Below are positions 50,226-62,823 of a DNA stretch of 64,000 nt, one piece after another (the first letter of the stretch is position 1; each line of letters opens with the position of its first letter). The notes beneath the pieces are model-generated. The model was not told where the DNA came from, did not search any database, and saw only the letters and a list, made by a program, of their open reading frames with translations. The position numbers and the translations under genes are program-made. Location of the stretch: positions 26,476,001 through 26,540,000 of the forward strand of contig CM059432.1 in NCBI GenBank assembly GCA_030390025.1, given 5' to 3'. This DNA is from Squalus acanthias. Lineage: Eukaryota.

Positions 50226-52438
50226 GAAATAAGAACATAAGAACATAAGAAATAAGAGCAGGAGTAGGCCATTCGGCCCTTCGAGCCTGCTCCGCCATTC
50301 AATGAGATCATGGCTGATCTTCTGCCTCAACTCCATTCACCGGCCCTATCGCCATATCCCTTGATGCCCTTACTAGTCAGAAATCTATTGACTTCTCTTT
50401 TGAATATACCCAATGACCGAGCCTCCACAGCCCTCTGGGGTAGAGAATTCCAAAAATTCACCACCCTCTGTGTGAAGAAATTTCTTCTCATCTCAGTCCT
50501 GAATGGCCTACCCTTTATCCTGAGGCTGTGGCCCCTGGTTCTAGACTCCCCAGCCAAGGGAAACATTCTCCCAGCATCCATCCTATCAAGCCCTGTAATA
50601 ATTTTGGATGCTTCAATGAGATCCCCTCTCATTCTTCTGAATTCAAGAGAATACAGGCCTAGTTTACTCAATCTCTTCTCATACGACAGTCCCGCCATCC
50701 AGGAATCAATCTTGTGAACCTTCATTGAACTCCCTCTGTGGCAAGTATATCCTTCCTTAGGTAAAGAGACCAAAATTGTACACAGTACTCCAGGTGTGGT
50801 CTCACCAAGGCCCTATATCATTGGAGTAAGACTTCTTTACTCCTGTACTCAAATCCTCTTGTAATGAAGGCCAGCATACCATTTGCCTTCCTAATGGCTT
50901 GCTGCACCTGCACATTCACTTTCAGTGACTCATGTACAAGGACACCCAGGTCCCTTTGAGCATCTGCATTCCCCAATCTTTCACCATTTGGGAAATACAC
51001 TGCCTTTCTGTTTTTTCTACCAAAGTGGATAACTTCACATTTATCCACATTATATTCCATCTGCCATGTTCTCGCCCACTCACTGAGCCTGTCGAGATCC
51101 CCTTGAAGCCTCTTCACATCCTCTTCACAACTGACACTGCCACCTAGCTTTGTATCATCAGCAAATTTGGAAATGTTACATTTAGTCCTCTCATCCAAAT
51201 CATTGATATAGATTGTGAATAGCTGGGGCCCAAGCACCAATCCTTGCGGTACCCCACTAGTCACAGCCTGCCATCCTGAAAAAGACCCGTTTATCCCTAC
51301 TCTTTGTTTTCTGTCTGTTAACCAATTCTCAATCCATGCTAGTATATTACCCCCAATTCGATGTGCCCTAATTTTGTTTACCAACCTCTTGTGTGGGACC
51401 TCATCAAAGGCCTTCTGAAAATCTAAATACACCACATCTACCGGTTCCCCTTTGTCTACTCCACGGGCAACACGGTGGCATAGTGGTTAGCACTGTTGCC
51501 TCACAGCGCCAGGGACCCGGATTCGAATCCGGCCACGGATGACTGTCTGTGTGGAGTTTGCACATTCTCCCCGTGTCTGCGTGGGTTTCCTCTGGGTGCT
51601 CCGGTTTCCTCCCACAGTCCAAAGATGTGCGGGTTAGGTTGATTTGGCTATGATAAATTGACCATTACTTTTAGGGGGATTAAATATGTGGGGATAGGGT
51701 GGGATATGTGTCGGTGCAGGCTCGATGGGCCAAAATGGCCTCTATTTGCACTGTGGGGATTCTGTGATATTACTAGTTACATCCTCAAAAAACTCCAATA
51801 GGTTTGTTAAACAGGATTTCCCTTTTCATAAATCCATGTTGACTCTGCCCAATCTTACTATTAGTTTCTAAGTTCCCAGTTATTGCATCCTTTATAATAG
51901 ATTTCAGCATTTTCCCAACTACTGATGTGAGGCTAATAGGTCTGTAGTTCCCCGTTTTCTCTCTCCCTCCTTTCTTAAATAGCGGGGTTACATTTGCTAT
52001 CCTCCAATCTGCAGGAACCATTCCAGAATCTGTAGAATTTTGGAAGATGACAACCAATAGCCTCCTCTTTCAAAACCCTAGGATGTAGGTCATCCGGTCC
52101 TTGGGATTTATTGACTTTTAGTCCCATTAATTTTGCTAGTACTGTTTTTTTACTAATAATTTCTTTAAGTTCCTCATTCTCGCCACACCCTTGGTTTTCT
52201 CATATTTCTGGGAGGTTTTTTGTGTCTTCCTCCGTGATGACAGAAACAAAGTATTTATTTAATTTCTCCGCCATTTCCTCATTCCCCATTATAAATTCTC
52301 CCGTCTCTGACTGTAAAGGACCTACATTTACCTTCGCCAGTCTTTTCCTTTTCACATACCTATAGAAGCTTTTACAATCCGTTTTTATATTTTTCGCTAA
52401 TTTGTGCTCGTATTCCATTTTCCCTTTCTTTATCAATT
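50226..52438 (-). mobile_element. 5'-truncated CR1 with nested HE1 SINE
   Basis: ORFs 50327-50773, 50818-51435, 51785-52057 and 52200-52436. Confidence 0.93.
51465..51768 (+). mobile_element. HE1-like V-SINE
   Basis: tRNA head ggtggcatagtggttagcactg...gattcgaatcc; V-domain gtttgcacattctccccgtgtctgcgtgggtttcctc...tttcctcccacagtccaaag; CR1-like tail. Confidence 0.9.
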
Positions 52439-52459
52439 TAAAAATCAGGGCTGTAGCTG

Positions 52460-53440
52460 AGCAAGTATGGATAGAATTTCAACAAGGGTATTAGTGAGCT
52501 AGGGACAGAGAGGGTAACACTTTGGAATTAGAAATTGGTGGTCTTGGCAATGGACTGGATATAGAGTTTCAAACTGAACCTAAAGGTTGAAGAGGACACT
52601 AAGCTTATGCACTGTCAGGTTCGGCCTGAGGTAGCAGCTGAAAGGGGGATACAATTGGTGTGGTGTTTCTGGGAGGAACCAAACAGGATGACTTTAGTCT
52701 TCCCAGTGTTTAGCTGGCCAAAATACTAGCTCATTCAAAACTTGATGTTATACAGGCAGCATAGTCATTGAGCCGAAGTTGCTAGCAGAGAAGTAATGCT
52801 GCGTGCCGACTGCATACTTATGCAATCTGACACCGTGCTTAGGGATAATATCTCTGAAATGAAGCATGTAGATTGAAGATGGAGCCTTGAGGCATGTCTG
52901 AAGTGAACGTACAACTATGGGAAGAGAAATCATTGCAAGAAATGTGCTAGCTATTTTGATGCAGATACAAATTAAACTGTGCACCATGGAGGAGAAGTGG
53001 TGAAGGAACATGGAGTGGTCACTAAAGAGAGGGATAACTCAGTTGAAGTCCTACAAGATATAATTTAACTAGGATGGTGTGGGTGAGATGCAAGGCAACC
53101 AAAAAGGAGTCAAGTTATCAGTGGTAGCAGATGTGGGTTGAGTTAGGTAGTGATAGCACATTCAGGGACCATAGAGAGGAAGAGGACATTGGAATTGAAA
53201 TGGTAATTGGAAAGAGTGAAGGAGACAAGTGTAGTCTTTTTTAACAAGAAGAGAGTGGTTTTGAAAGCTGGGAGAACAATGCCTGAGTAATAGGAGCAAA
53301 TAACGATGTCTGTGAGAATTAGTCCGAAGAGAGGGAGAGTGGGCAGGAGCTGGATTGCGAAGGGGATTAAGGGAGCAAGTGCTGGGTCCCTTGGTAGGGC
53401 TGATTTTAAAGAGCACCTGAAAAGTGACAGGGATATGGAC
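52460..53440 (-). mobile_element. Old, heavily decayed L2 RT fragment
   Basis: PSTCSLNPL, LLKKTTL..LSNYHFNSNVLFLSMVPE, DIIPKHGVRLHKYAVGTQHY. Confidence 0.75.
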
Positions 53441-53730
53441 ACATAAGCTGCGATTTCACCAGCGGAGGCGGGATCGCGGCGGCAGAGATGGTTGGCGGGT
53501 TCCAGTCCCGTTCCTGGCTGCAGCGGCTCTGTAAAAAGGATTTTCCGTTAATAGGGCTTCTTAAGCCTGTCCTGCAGGGTTCCCGGCCAATTAAAAGGAA
53601 GAGGGTCTGATGGCGTCATTTGATGATGCGTCATCAGCCAGTTTCCTTAAAGGGACCACGGCCGCATTCATTTTGACAGTTGTGCTGTCAGTGTTCTGCA
53701 GCATTGAGGTGCTGTAAACACTGACAAGCA

Positions 53731-54572
53731 CAACAACAACAACAACTTGTATTTATATAGCACCTTTAACGTAGTAAAACGTCCCAAGGCACTGCACAGG
53801 AGTATTTTAAGACAAAAAATTTGACATCGATCCACATAAGGATAAATTAGGGCAAGTGACCAAAAGCTTGGTCAAAGAGGTAGGTTTTAAGAAGCGTCTT
53901 AAAGGAGGAAAGAGAGGTAGCGAGGCGGACAGGTTTAGGCAGGGAATTCCAGAGCTTTGGGCCTAGGCAGCAGAAGGCACGGCCATCAAAGGTTCAGTGA
54001 TTATAATCAGGGATCCTCAAGAGGGCAGAATTAGAGGAGCGCAGATATCTCAGGGTGGTTGTGGGGCTGAAGGAGATTACGGTGATAGGAAGGGGCGAGG
54101 CCATGGAGGGATTTGAAAACAAGGATGAGAATTTTGAAATCGAGGCGCTGCTTAACCGGGAGCCAATGTAGGTCAGCGAGCACAGGGGTGATGGGCGAAC
54201 GGGACTTGGTACGAGTTAGGACACGGGCAGCTGAGTTTTGAATGACCTCAAGTTTCCATAGGGTGGAATGTGGGAGGCCAGCCAGGAGTGCATTGGTATA
54301 GTCAAGTCTAGAGGTAACAAAGGCATGGATGAGGGTTTCAGCAGCGGATGAGCTGAGACAAGGGCGGAGATGAGCGATGTTACGGAGGTGGAAGTAGGCG
54401 GTCTTTGTTATGCTGCGGATATGTGGTTGGAAGCTCATTATAGGGTCAAATATGACATCAAGGTTGTGAACAGTGTGGTTCAGCCTCAGACAGATGTGTT
54501 TTCGGATGATGTCGCCAAGGGGCAACAAATAGATGAGAAATAGGAAGGGGTCAAGGATAGATCCTGGGGGGA
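53731..54572 (-). mobile_element. L2 3' fragment nested in the Harbinger derivative
   Basis: ORF 54031-54528 ([24 protein letters not shown]); (CAA)n tail. Confidence 0.92.
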
Positions 54573-54574
54573 CA

Positions 54575-54800
54575 CAGGTGCACGGCTGCTCCCAAGCTCT
54601 CGTATGACTCCCTTCATATGCTTATGGAGGGAGTCACAGCACGCAGGGAGGTTCTCTTCCCTTCCAAGGGCGGAAGAGAGCTCCCCAAGAGACCAACAAA
54701 GCCTGATTGCACATTGCACAGGAGGACAAAAGCAGGGATGTCGTCAGGAGTACCTGGTGCAGTGGTGCAAACCTTTCAATGATCTCAGTAGATCACAAAA
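54575..54800 (+). pseudogene. Frameshifted Harbinger Myb/SANT-like remnant
   Basis: Across frames: AAPKLSYDSLHMLMEGVTARREVLFP...ETNKA*LHIAQEDKSRDVVRSTW..CKPFNDLSRS, homologous to 46490-46748. Confidence 0.8.
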
Positions 54801-56017
54801 CGTTACTGCAAAGCCACACTCAACCTCATCCTGCTGCGCCACTCATCCCCATCACTCTGCCTTCCCTACCCTACTCCTGCACATCCTTACTCACACCAAC
54901 TTACCTTGCACCTCCAGCCATCTCTCTCAATCTATATTATCACTTCCCCATCTCACTAGCCACCCCTCACACTCACCCTCATCCTAGTGCAATCATACCA
55001 ACTAACAACACACAAGGAGGCCACTTGGGTGTTTTATGCAATGTTCATGTACATTTTCTGTTAATGTGTTGAAATCTTTATTTTCAGCACTTTGCCTTAT
55101 TGTACAGATCTGTGCTCACCTTTGGAAGTGTCTTAGTGAGTTGCAGTGAATGGTGAGACATAACGGTATCCCCGGAATGGTGATGAGTGTGAAAGGAATG
55201 ACTAGGTCATTGTAGGAATGCTTTATGGTGCTGATGTGGGGTGGTGTTCACCTGGTGCATCATGTGGCAGCTAGGGTGTACAGCGTCAAGTGAAGTAAAT
55301 TTGGCCATGGTGATGCCATTGCTGGCCTCCTGGGCAGCAATGTTGTCGGGTGCTGATGTCCTGTGTCCTGTGCAGCATCAGATGATTGCGGAGAAGGCTG
55401 GTGTTGTTATTGGTGATGTTGGTGTGCCTGGTGATGCTGGTGTTGGGGCTGATCATGGAGGGATTCAGAGGACCAAGGTGAGATTTTTTCAAGGGCAACA
55501 ATGTTGTTGAAATAGATGGCAGCTGAAGTTGAAATGACAGAAGCGATCTGTCAATGGTGAGAGAGTTTGCTCCAAGGAGGTGACAGTGGATAGAGAGTTT
55601 ACTCCAAGCACTTCCAAGTCCTGAAGGCTCAAGCTTGTGACATTGGAAAGTGACCAGCTGTGAAATGGTAGCTTTCATACCACTTTTGCAGCTGTCACTT
55701 ATTCACAGCAATGGGGAGACATAGAGAACCCAACCTACTTACCTGACGTGATCTCCGAACGACGTGAACCCCATTAAAAATGTGGTAAAATAGAAAAAGG
55801 TTGGCAAAATAGTAGTAAACAAGCAGTTAAATATCTTAAATGCCTTCCCCGCCGCTTGGTGTCGGGTCTGTTCTGAAATCGCAGACCCGACGCAGTTGAA
55901 AACTTACATGGATGCAGGTTCGCAGCGGGTTCCCAATCCACTGTCAATCATTTCAATTTTGACAACGGATCTGCCTCCAGACCCGCCCTCTGAGCACCGG
56001 CAAAATTCAACCCACAG

Positions 56018-56201
56018 GGGGTAAATTTGACTTTGTGCGATAGTGTAAAATGGGTGATAGTGAATAGGCAGCCCCGTTTACATCACTCCCGATTTTTATT
56101 TCTATTGAAGTCAACTGAAATAACAACCAGGAGTGTTGTAAAATGGGCTGCCAATCTGCTATCACCCATTTTACACTATCGCACAAAGACAAAACTACCC
56201 C
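56018..56201. mobile_element. 184-bp palindromic MITE
   Basis: Perfect 30-bp arms ctttgtgcgatagtgtaaaatgggtgatag / ctatcacccattttacactatcgcacaaag; ends ggggta / tacccc. Confidence 0.85.
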
Positions 56202-56384
56202 TCTAATCCCTAAATTTCCTGGTGGTTTCTGCCACCATAACTCCAGTGGCAGAACTTCAGCACAAACAACTGGAAAAAGGCAAGAACCTGGTTATGCAGA
56301 GTAGCCCTCCCACCCCAACTCCAAGATTGCCCATTCAGGCAGAACCTCCGGAGCATTGGTCAATATGTCAATAAAATGCTAGCA

Positions 56385-56580
56385 GGAGCTTATACTGAGT
56401 TAGCTTCAGGTCCATGAGCGATTCCTGTAGACATTGTCCCAAAGTCATCTGGGAGGGCTAGATCCTGCATCAACTACAGAAGATTGAATGAGCTAACTGT
56501 TAAAAGACAAATACCCAATGCCATGTGTGGATGTCAAAAGCTAAGTATATCAGTATACTGGGTTTGGCTTCTGGATGGTG
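56385..56580 (+). pseudogene. Ty3/Gypsy reverse-transcriptase fossil
   Basis: SGP*AIPVDIVPKSSGRARSCINYRRLNELTVK/DKYPMPCVD...AKYISILGLASG matches the SPW..P...VPK..G..R.C.DYR.LN..T..D.YP.P and LDL..G motifs. Confidence 0.8.
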
Positions 56581-57967
56581 GCAAGGACTGTACATCTTGA
56601 CAGAACAAGGCCAATGACACCAAGGGGGCAGACCAGGAGCATGGACTCCCAACATCGAAGTTTCTTCTTCCCCAGATCAAAAGGGACACAGTATAATATT
56701 GAAGGCCAGTATGCCAGGAGAAAGGTAAGTTTATTTTTTTACCAAACATTCTGGATCGGCTTCCTTACAGAGAGGGGTGAGGGAGAGCTAGATGGGGTCT
56801 TAAGGGAGGTCCAAGACATACCCTCCCCAGATGGGGGGCAGATGCTTCCAGCACCATGGGCAGGCCACCATTGAAGATGCGCCCATGGTGTAACTATCAG
56901 GATTACAGCCCATGGATTTTCAGAGCTATAATATGTTTATACTATTTTACTAACCTAGAAGCCCCTCCATCCTGAGGTGCTGAATATTGTTGGTGTACAG
57001 TTCCATGGACTCCAGTAGCCACTGGTATCTGGCCCAAGTTACCGTTCACCCCGTCTATTCAACTATGGGGGCACCACCGCAAAGCTAACCCATAGGTACT
57101 GAGACCAGTTGTAGCACTCTCATCCACTTCAGATGGTCCTAATTTCAATCAATGCAAAGTTATCTGATTTCAGCTAAAGTGGCGGTAGGGCCCTGCAGTT
57201 GGTCTCAGAGTTAGAGTTTGGAAACTCAGCAAGGGTTCCCTCCTTATTGTCGTCCAGCATCCACGACCGGAAGTGCATGTATGTGAATAATTACCTTGGG
57301 CAAAGTACTGGAGGGTGCCTGTCACATGTGGAACTGCATTAATCTGGAAGTTAATGCCTTCAGGAGAGGAAAGTAAAGGGAATGAGAAAAAGTGAAAGAT
57401 AAATTGATGCAAAATAATTCTGGAGTAGGTTGGGTTGGATAATATGTTTACATTAGACACTGCTGTCACAAATTGTGAAATTTGTGCCTGTTTATGTTTC
57501 AAACAACTAAGGCCTGTCAAAGGGTTAATTAGGTTAATTGATTTCTCTGAGTTTTCATCAATCCACTATACTTCGAAGGCGCCTGACTACCTCAGGCCAA
57601 TTAACATCATTAGTTAATGACCTTTGAAAGGCAATGAATTGTCTTCAGCCGTGTGAAGCCTTGTATCATGTAACAGCAAGCAAATTGGTGTGTCTGGAGC
57701 TTTGCTTACAATCAGTTCGTTAATGGATTGCTGTCTGACATAATTGTGCTTTCCTTATTGTTTTGTGCCAATAATAGCCATCCATTATGCAAGAAATCAG
57801 CCAAGTGATAGGTTCCAAATCAACCTACTGCAGCTGCAGATATTGAACTGTGAAAGTAGCTAAGAATCGAATGTGTGTATATCTTCCCATTAACATTCCA
57901 CAGGGTTTTCATCGTGATATTGCAGTTCACTATTATGAGACTCTGTGCTCCTTTCATTATGATTAAT

Positions 57968-58370
57968 CCAGAGACGTGAGCACAAATACCTAGGCTGACA
58001 CTCCAGTGCAGTACAGAGGGAGTGCTGCACTGTCGGAGATGCTGTCTTTCGGATGAGACGTTAAACCGAGGCCCTGTCTGCTCTCTCAGGTGGACGTAAA
58101 AGATCCCATGGCACTATATCGAGGAAGAGCAGGGGAGTTATCCCCAGTGTCCTGGCCAATATTTATCCCTCAATCAACATCACTAAAACAGATTACCTGG
58201 TCATTATCACATTGCTGTTTGTGGGAGTTTGCTCTGCGCAAATTGGCTGCTGTGTTTCCTACATTACAACAGTGACTACACTTCAAAAGTACCTCATAGG
58301 CTTAAAGTGCTTTGGGATGTCCTGAGTTCGTGAAAGGCGCTATATAAATGCAAGTCTCTCTTTCTTTCTT
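57968..58370 (+). mobile_element. SacSINE1-like SINE, 5'-truncated
   Basis: Colinear with 59090-59476. Confidence 0.88.
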
Positions 58371-58404
58371 TAATTGGCTGCTCAATCTTCAAAAGAACTA
58401 AAGG

Positions 58405-58800
58405 TATAAACCACTGGCGTACCGTGGCTGCAGTGTGCATCATCTGCAAGATGCACTGCAGCAACTCGTCAAGGCTTCTTCGGCAGCACCTCCCAAATCC
58501 GCGACCTCTACCACCTAGAAGGACAAGGGCAGCAGACGCATGGGAACACCATCACCTGCAAGTTCCCCTCCAAGTTACACACCTTCCTGACTTGGAAATA
58601 TATCGCCGTTCCTTCATCGTCGCTGGGTCAAAATCCTGGAACTCACTCCCTAACAGCACTGTGGGAGTACCTTCACCACATGGACTGCAGCAGTTCAAGA
58701 AGGTGGCTCACCACCACCTTCTCAAGGGCAATTAGGGATCGGAAATAAATGCTGGACTTGCCAGCGACACCCACATCCCAGAAACGAATAATAAAAAAAG
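58405..58800 (+). mobile_element. 3' fragment of the second CR1-group LINE family
   Basis: Reverse complement of 18600-18990. Confidence 0.88.
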
Positions 58801-59022
58801 AGGATCTCTCAGTTTGGCAGTTTAACTCAGATTTCCAGTACTGGTTCTGAAGATAGAACTTCATGAGTATAAAGTTTCACGCATCTCAAGTGAAACTTTC
58901 TACCTGAGTTGCTGTTTGAGCTTAAGAATTTTCAAGAAGAAATTGACATTTTAAATGTGTGCTCTCAGTGTACATATTACAGGTTATTAATTGTACTGTA
59001 TAGAGTTTGCCTAATTTAATTC

Positions 59023-59476
59023 AGTCAGCTGTGGCTCAGTTGGTAGCACCCTCGCCTCTGAGTCAGAAGGTTGTGGGTTCAAGTCCCACTCCAGAGACCT
59101 GATTACAAAATCTAGGCTGACACTCCAGTGCAGTGCTGAGGGAGTGCTGCACTGTCAGAGGTGCCGTCTTTCAGATGAGATGTTAAACTGAGGCCCTGTC
59201 TGCTCTCTCAGGTGGATGTAAAAGATCCTATGGCACTATTCAATGAAGAGCTGGGGAATTCTGTCTGGTGTTCTGGCCCATATTTATCCCTCAACCAATG
59301 TCACTAAAAGGTCATTATCAGATTGCTCTTTGTGGGAATTTTCTGTGTGCAAATTGCTTGCTGCGTTGCCTACGTTACAACAGTGACTCCATTTCAAAAG
59401 TACCTCATTGGCTGTAAAGCGCTTTGGGACGTCCTGAAGTCGTGAAAGGCGCAATTTAAATCCAAGTTCTTTTTCA
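59023..59476 (+). mobile_element. SacSINE1-like Deu-SINE, full length
   Basis: Pol III A box tggctcagttgg, B box ggttcaagtcc, Deu-like core, L2-type tail. Confidence 0.9.
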
Positions 59477-59917
59477 TTTTTAAAAATTATTTCATTGGAA
59501 ATACATTTGACTAATTATTTTAACCTGTATAAAACTGGTTTAATGTATGATATTTTCCATTTTTTTGAGAGTGCAGAGAATTCTATGGAGCTTCAGTAAG
59601 CAATGTATTCCAAAACAAATGAACTATTAAGATCCAGAATATGATATTTTGCATGACTGAAAGCAAACAATGTAGATTTTGCATCATAAGGGATGAGTTC
59701 CACTAATGGAAATTGGCTTCCGGCTGATTGAGCAAGAAAACTGTGGGGGGCAAAACCTAAGGTGTATCAATTACTTTGAAAGGAGGGAAGTATTGATTGG
59801 GTTTTGGGCCCAATCAAACTTAAAGCTCCCATTGTTTCACTTCAGTCAACAGCCATGAACACTTTTACATTCTCCAACAGACTTTGCCAGTAAAATGTTT
59901 ATTTTACTTGCATATTT

Positions 59918-62720
59918 CCATAGAATCATAGAATGATTACAGCACAGAAGGAGGCCATTCGGCCCGTCAAGCCCAGGCCGTCTCTCTGCAAGACCACTTC
60001 AGCTCGTTCCAGTCCCCCGCCCTTTCTCCTTAGCCCTGCAATTTTTTTTCCTTCAGGTACTTATCCAATTCCCTTTTGAAAGCCGCCAATGAACCTGCCT
60101 CCACCATCCTCTCAGGCAGTGTATTCCAGATCCTAACCACTCGCTCTGTAAAAATGTTCTTCCTCATGTTGCCTCTGGTTCTTCTGCTAATCACCTTAAA
60201 TCTGTGTCCTCTGGTTCTTGACCATTCTGCCAATGGGAACCGTTTCTCTCTATCTACTCTGTCTAGATCCCTCATGATTTAAAACACCTCTATCAAATCT
60301 CCTCTCAACCTACTCTGTTCTAAGGAGAACAACCCCAGCTTCTCTAGTCTATCCATGTAACTGAAGTCCCACATCCCTGGAACCATTCTCGTAAATCTTT
60401 TCTGCACCCTCTCTAAGGCCTTCACATCTTTCCTAAAGTGCAGCACCCAGAATTGGAGATCATACTCCAGTTGAGGCCGGAGCAGTGTTTTATAAAGGTT
60501 CATCATAACTTCCTTGCTTTGTACTGTATGGGCTGGATTTTACCAGCCCTGAGGAAGCGGGTATGGAGGGGAAACTGCTGGGAAAATCAAAAAGAATGGG
60601 AGCGGGTCCCGAACCCACTCCCAACCCCCCTCCAACCAATCTTCCTGGGAGTCGGGTTCCAATTTGCGCAGGGACCCGACTCCTAGCGGCGGGAAGAGGA
60701 TTATAGCCACTTAAGTGCCTGTTAACAGGTAGTTAACAGGTAGTTTAGAGGCTTTTTCCCATTTTGAGACTTCTGCTGTGGGCTTCCCGATGTCGGGGAA
60801 CTCCGCCAGGTTAAGTGAGGCGTGCCGTGGGTCAGTTGTAATGTTTGTGTATCGATGACAGCTACACGAGTGGTGTGAAGAATGCAATGGGACACTGGTG
60901 AGTATCGGGGGTAAGGAAATGTGGGGAAAGACATTTTTAATGTGTTTAGATTTTTCTGTAGGTGACAGCTTTGAAGTGTTTGTGTGGCCTCACCTCATTG
61001 GGAGAAGTGACAGATCGCTTCTGTACCCTCACCTGCAGCTGCCATCTGTTTTATCCTAAGGAGAGAGTCATTGGAGAGCCTGGGTGTAAGGGCTCACCTT
61101 TGTACAGTGATTGTCAGTGTTTGACAGCACCTCAATGCTGTCAAACACTGTCAAATCATCTGTCAAAAATAAATGGTTCATGTCCCTTTAAGGAAACTGG
61201 CAGATGAAGCGTCATCAACTGACGTCATCTGACACCAGCTTTCCCTTAATTGGCCAGCAAGCCACAGGGCAGGCTTAACAAGGCCAATCAGGGGAAAATA
61301 GCGTCTGTGTGTCGGATGTCGCTGGGGGCGGGACTAGAACCCGGAAGGCAGCAGTCCCGCCCCAACTTGTCTTGGCACGTAAAATCCAGCCCTATGCCTC
61401 TATTTATGAAACCCAGGATCCCGTATGCTTTTTAAACCGCTTTCTCAACCTGTCCTGCCACCTTCAATGATTTGTGCACATATACCCCAAGGTCTCTCTG
61501 TTCATGCACCCCCTTTAGAATTGTACCCTTTACTTTATATTGCCTTCGTTCTTCCTACCAAAATGTATCACTTTGCACTTTTCTGCATTAAATTTCATCT
61601 GCCACGTGTCTGCCCATTCCACCAACCTGTCTATGTCCTCTTGAAGTCTATCACTATCCTCCTCACTCTTCTCTATACTTCCAAGTTTTGTGTCATCTGC
61701 AAATTTTGAAATTGTGTCCTGTACACCCAAGTCCAAGTCATTACTATATATCAAGAAAAGCAGTGGTCCTAGTACCGACCCCTGGGGAACACCACTGTGT
61801 ACCTTCGTCCATTCCGAAAAACAACCGTTCACCGCTACACTGTTTCCTGTCACTTAGTCAATTTCGTATCCATGCTGCCACTGTCTCCTTTATTCCATGG
61901 GTTTCAACTTTCCTGGCAAGCCTATTATGTGGCACTTTATCAAACGCCTTTTGGAAGTCCATGTACACCACGTCAACCACATTGCCCTCATCAACCCTCT
62001 CTGTTACTTCATCAAAAAACTCAATCAAGTTAGTTCAACACGATTTGCCTTTAACAAATCCGTGCTGGATTTCCTTAATTAATCCACACTTGTCCAAGTG
62101 ACTGTTAATTTTGTCCCGGATTATTGTTTCTAAAAGCTTCCCCACTACCGAGGTTAAACTGACTGGCCTGTAGTTGCTGGTTTATCCTTACACCCTATTA
62201 TTGAACAAGAGTGTAACATTTGCAATTCTCCAGTCCTCTGGCACCACCCCCATATCTAAGGAGGAATGGAAGATTATGGTCAGTACCTCCGCAATTTCCA
62301 CCTTTACTTCCCTTAGCATCCTAGGATGCATCCCATCCTGGTGACTTATCTACTTTAAGTACAGCCCGCCTTTCTAGTACTTCCTCTTTATCAATTTTAT
62401 CATTTTTTTAACTCATCCAGTATCTCAACTACCTCCTCTTTCACTATGACTTGGCAGCATCTTCTTCTTTGGTAAAAACAGATGCAAAGTATTCATTTAG
62501 TACCTCAGCCATGCCCTCTGCCTCCATGCGTAGGTCTCCTTTTTGGTCCCTAATTGGTCCCACTCCTCCTTTTACTACCCGTTTACTATTTATGTGCCTA
62601 TAGAAGACTTTTGGATTCCCTTTTATGTTAGCTGCCAATCTATTCTCATACTTTCCCCCTCTTATTTCCTTTTTCACTTCCCCTCTGAACTTTCTATATT
62701 CAGCCTGGTCATCATTTGCT
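59918..62720 (-). mobile_element. 5'-truncated CR1 with nested MITE
   Basis: ORFs 60030-60275, 60279-60506, 61530-61853 and 62444-62720. Confidence 0.92.
60530..61392. mobile_element. Harbinger-derived MITE family B, copy 3
   Basis: Perfect 14-bp TIR gggctggattttac / gtaaaatccagccc, TSD TAT. Confidence 0.93.
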
Positions 62721-62823
62721 TGAAAGATTAATTGTTTACAGAGCTTCCAAGCTTTTAAACAGACAATTGCCCTTACCTGTGCTGTCTTTTTCAGAAGAGA
62801 AAGATTTTTCAACTGAATTTGGA

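Larger units (their letters stand above)
53446..56013. mobile_element. Longer Harbinger derivative related to MITE family B (opposite orientation), split by an L2
   Basis: Ends agctgcgatttcacc / caaaattcaaccc; 53560-53730 and 55513-55580 match family B in reverse complement; contains a Myb-like remnant. Confidence 0.8.

Noticed and set aside
59023..59095. tRNA gene
   Set aside because: The A/B boxes belong to a SINE head that continues into the Deu core and LINE tail; the same holds for 51465-51535.
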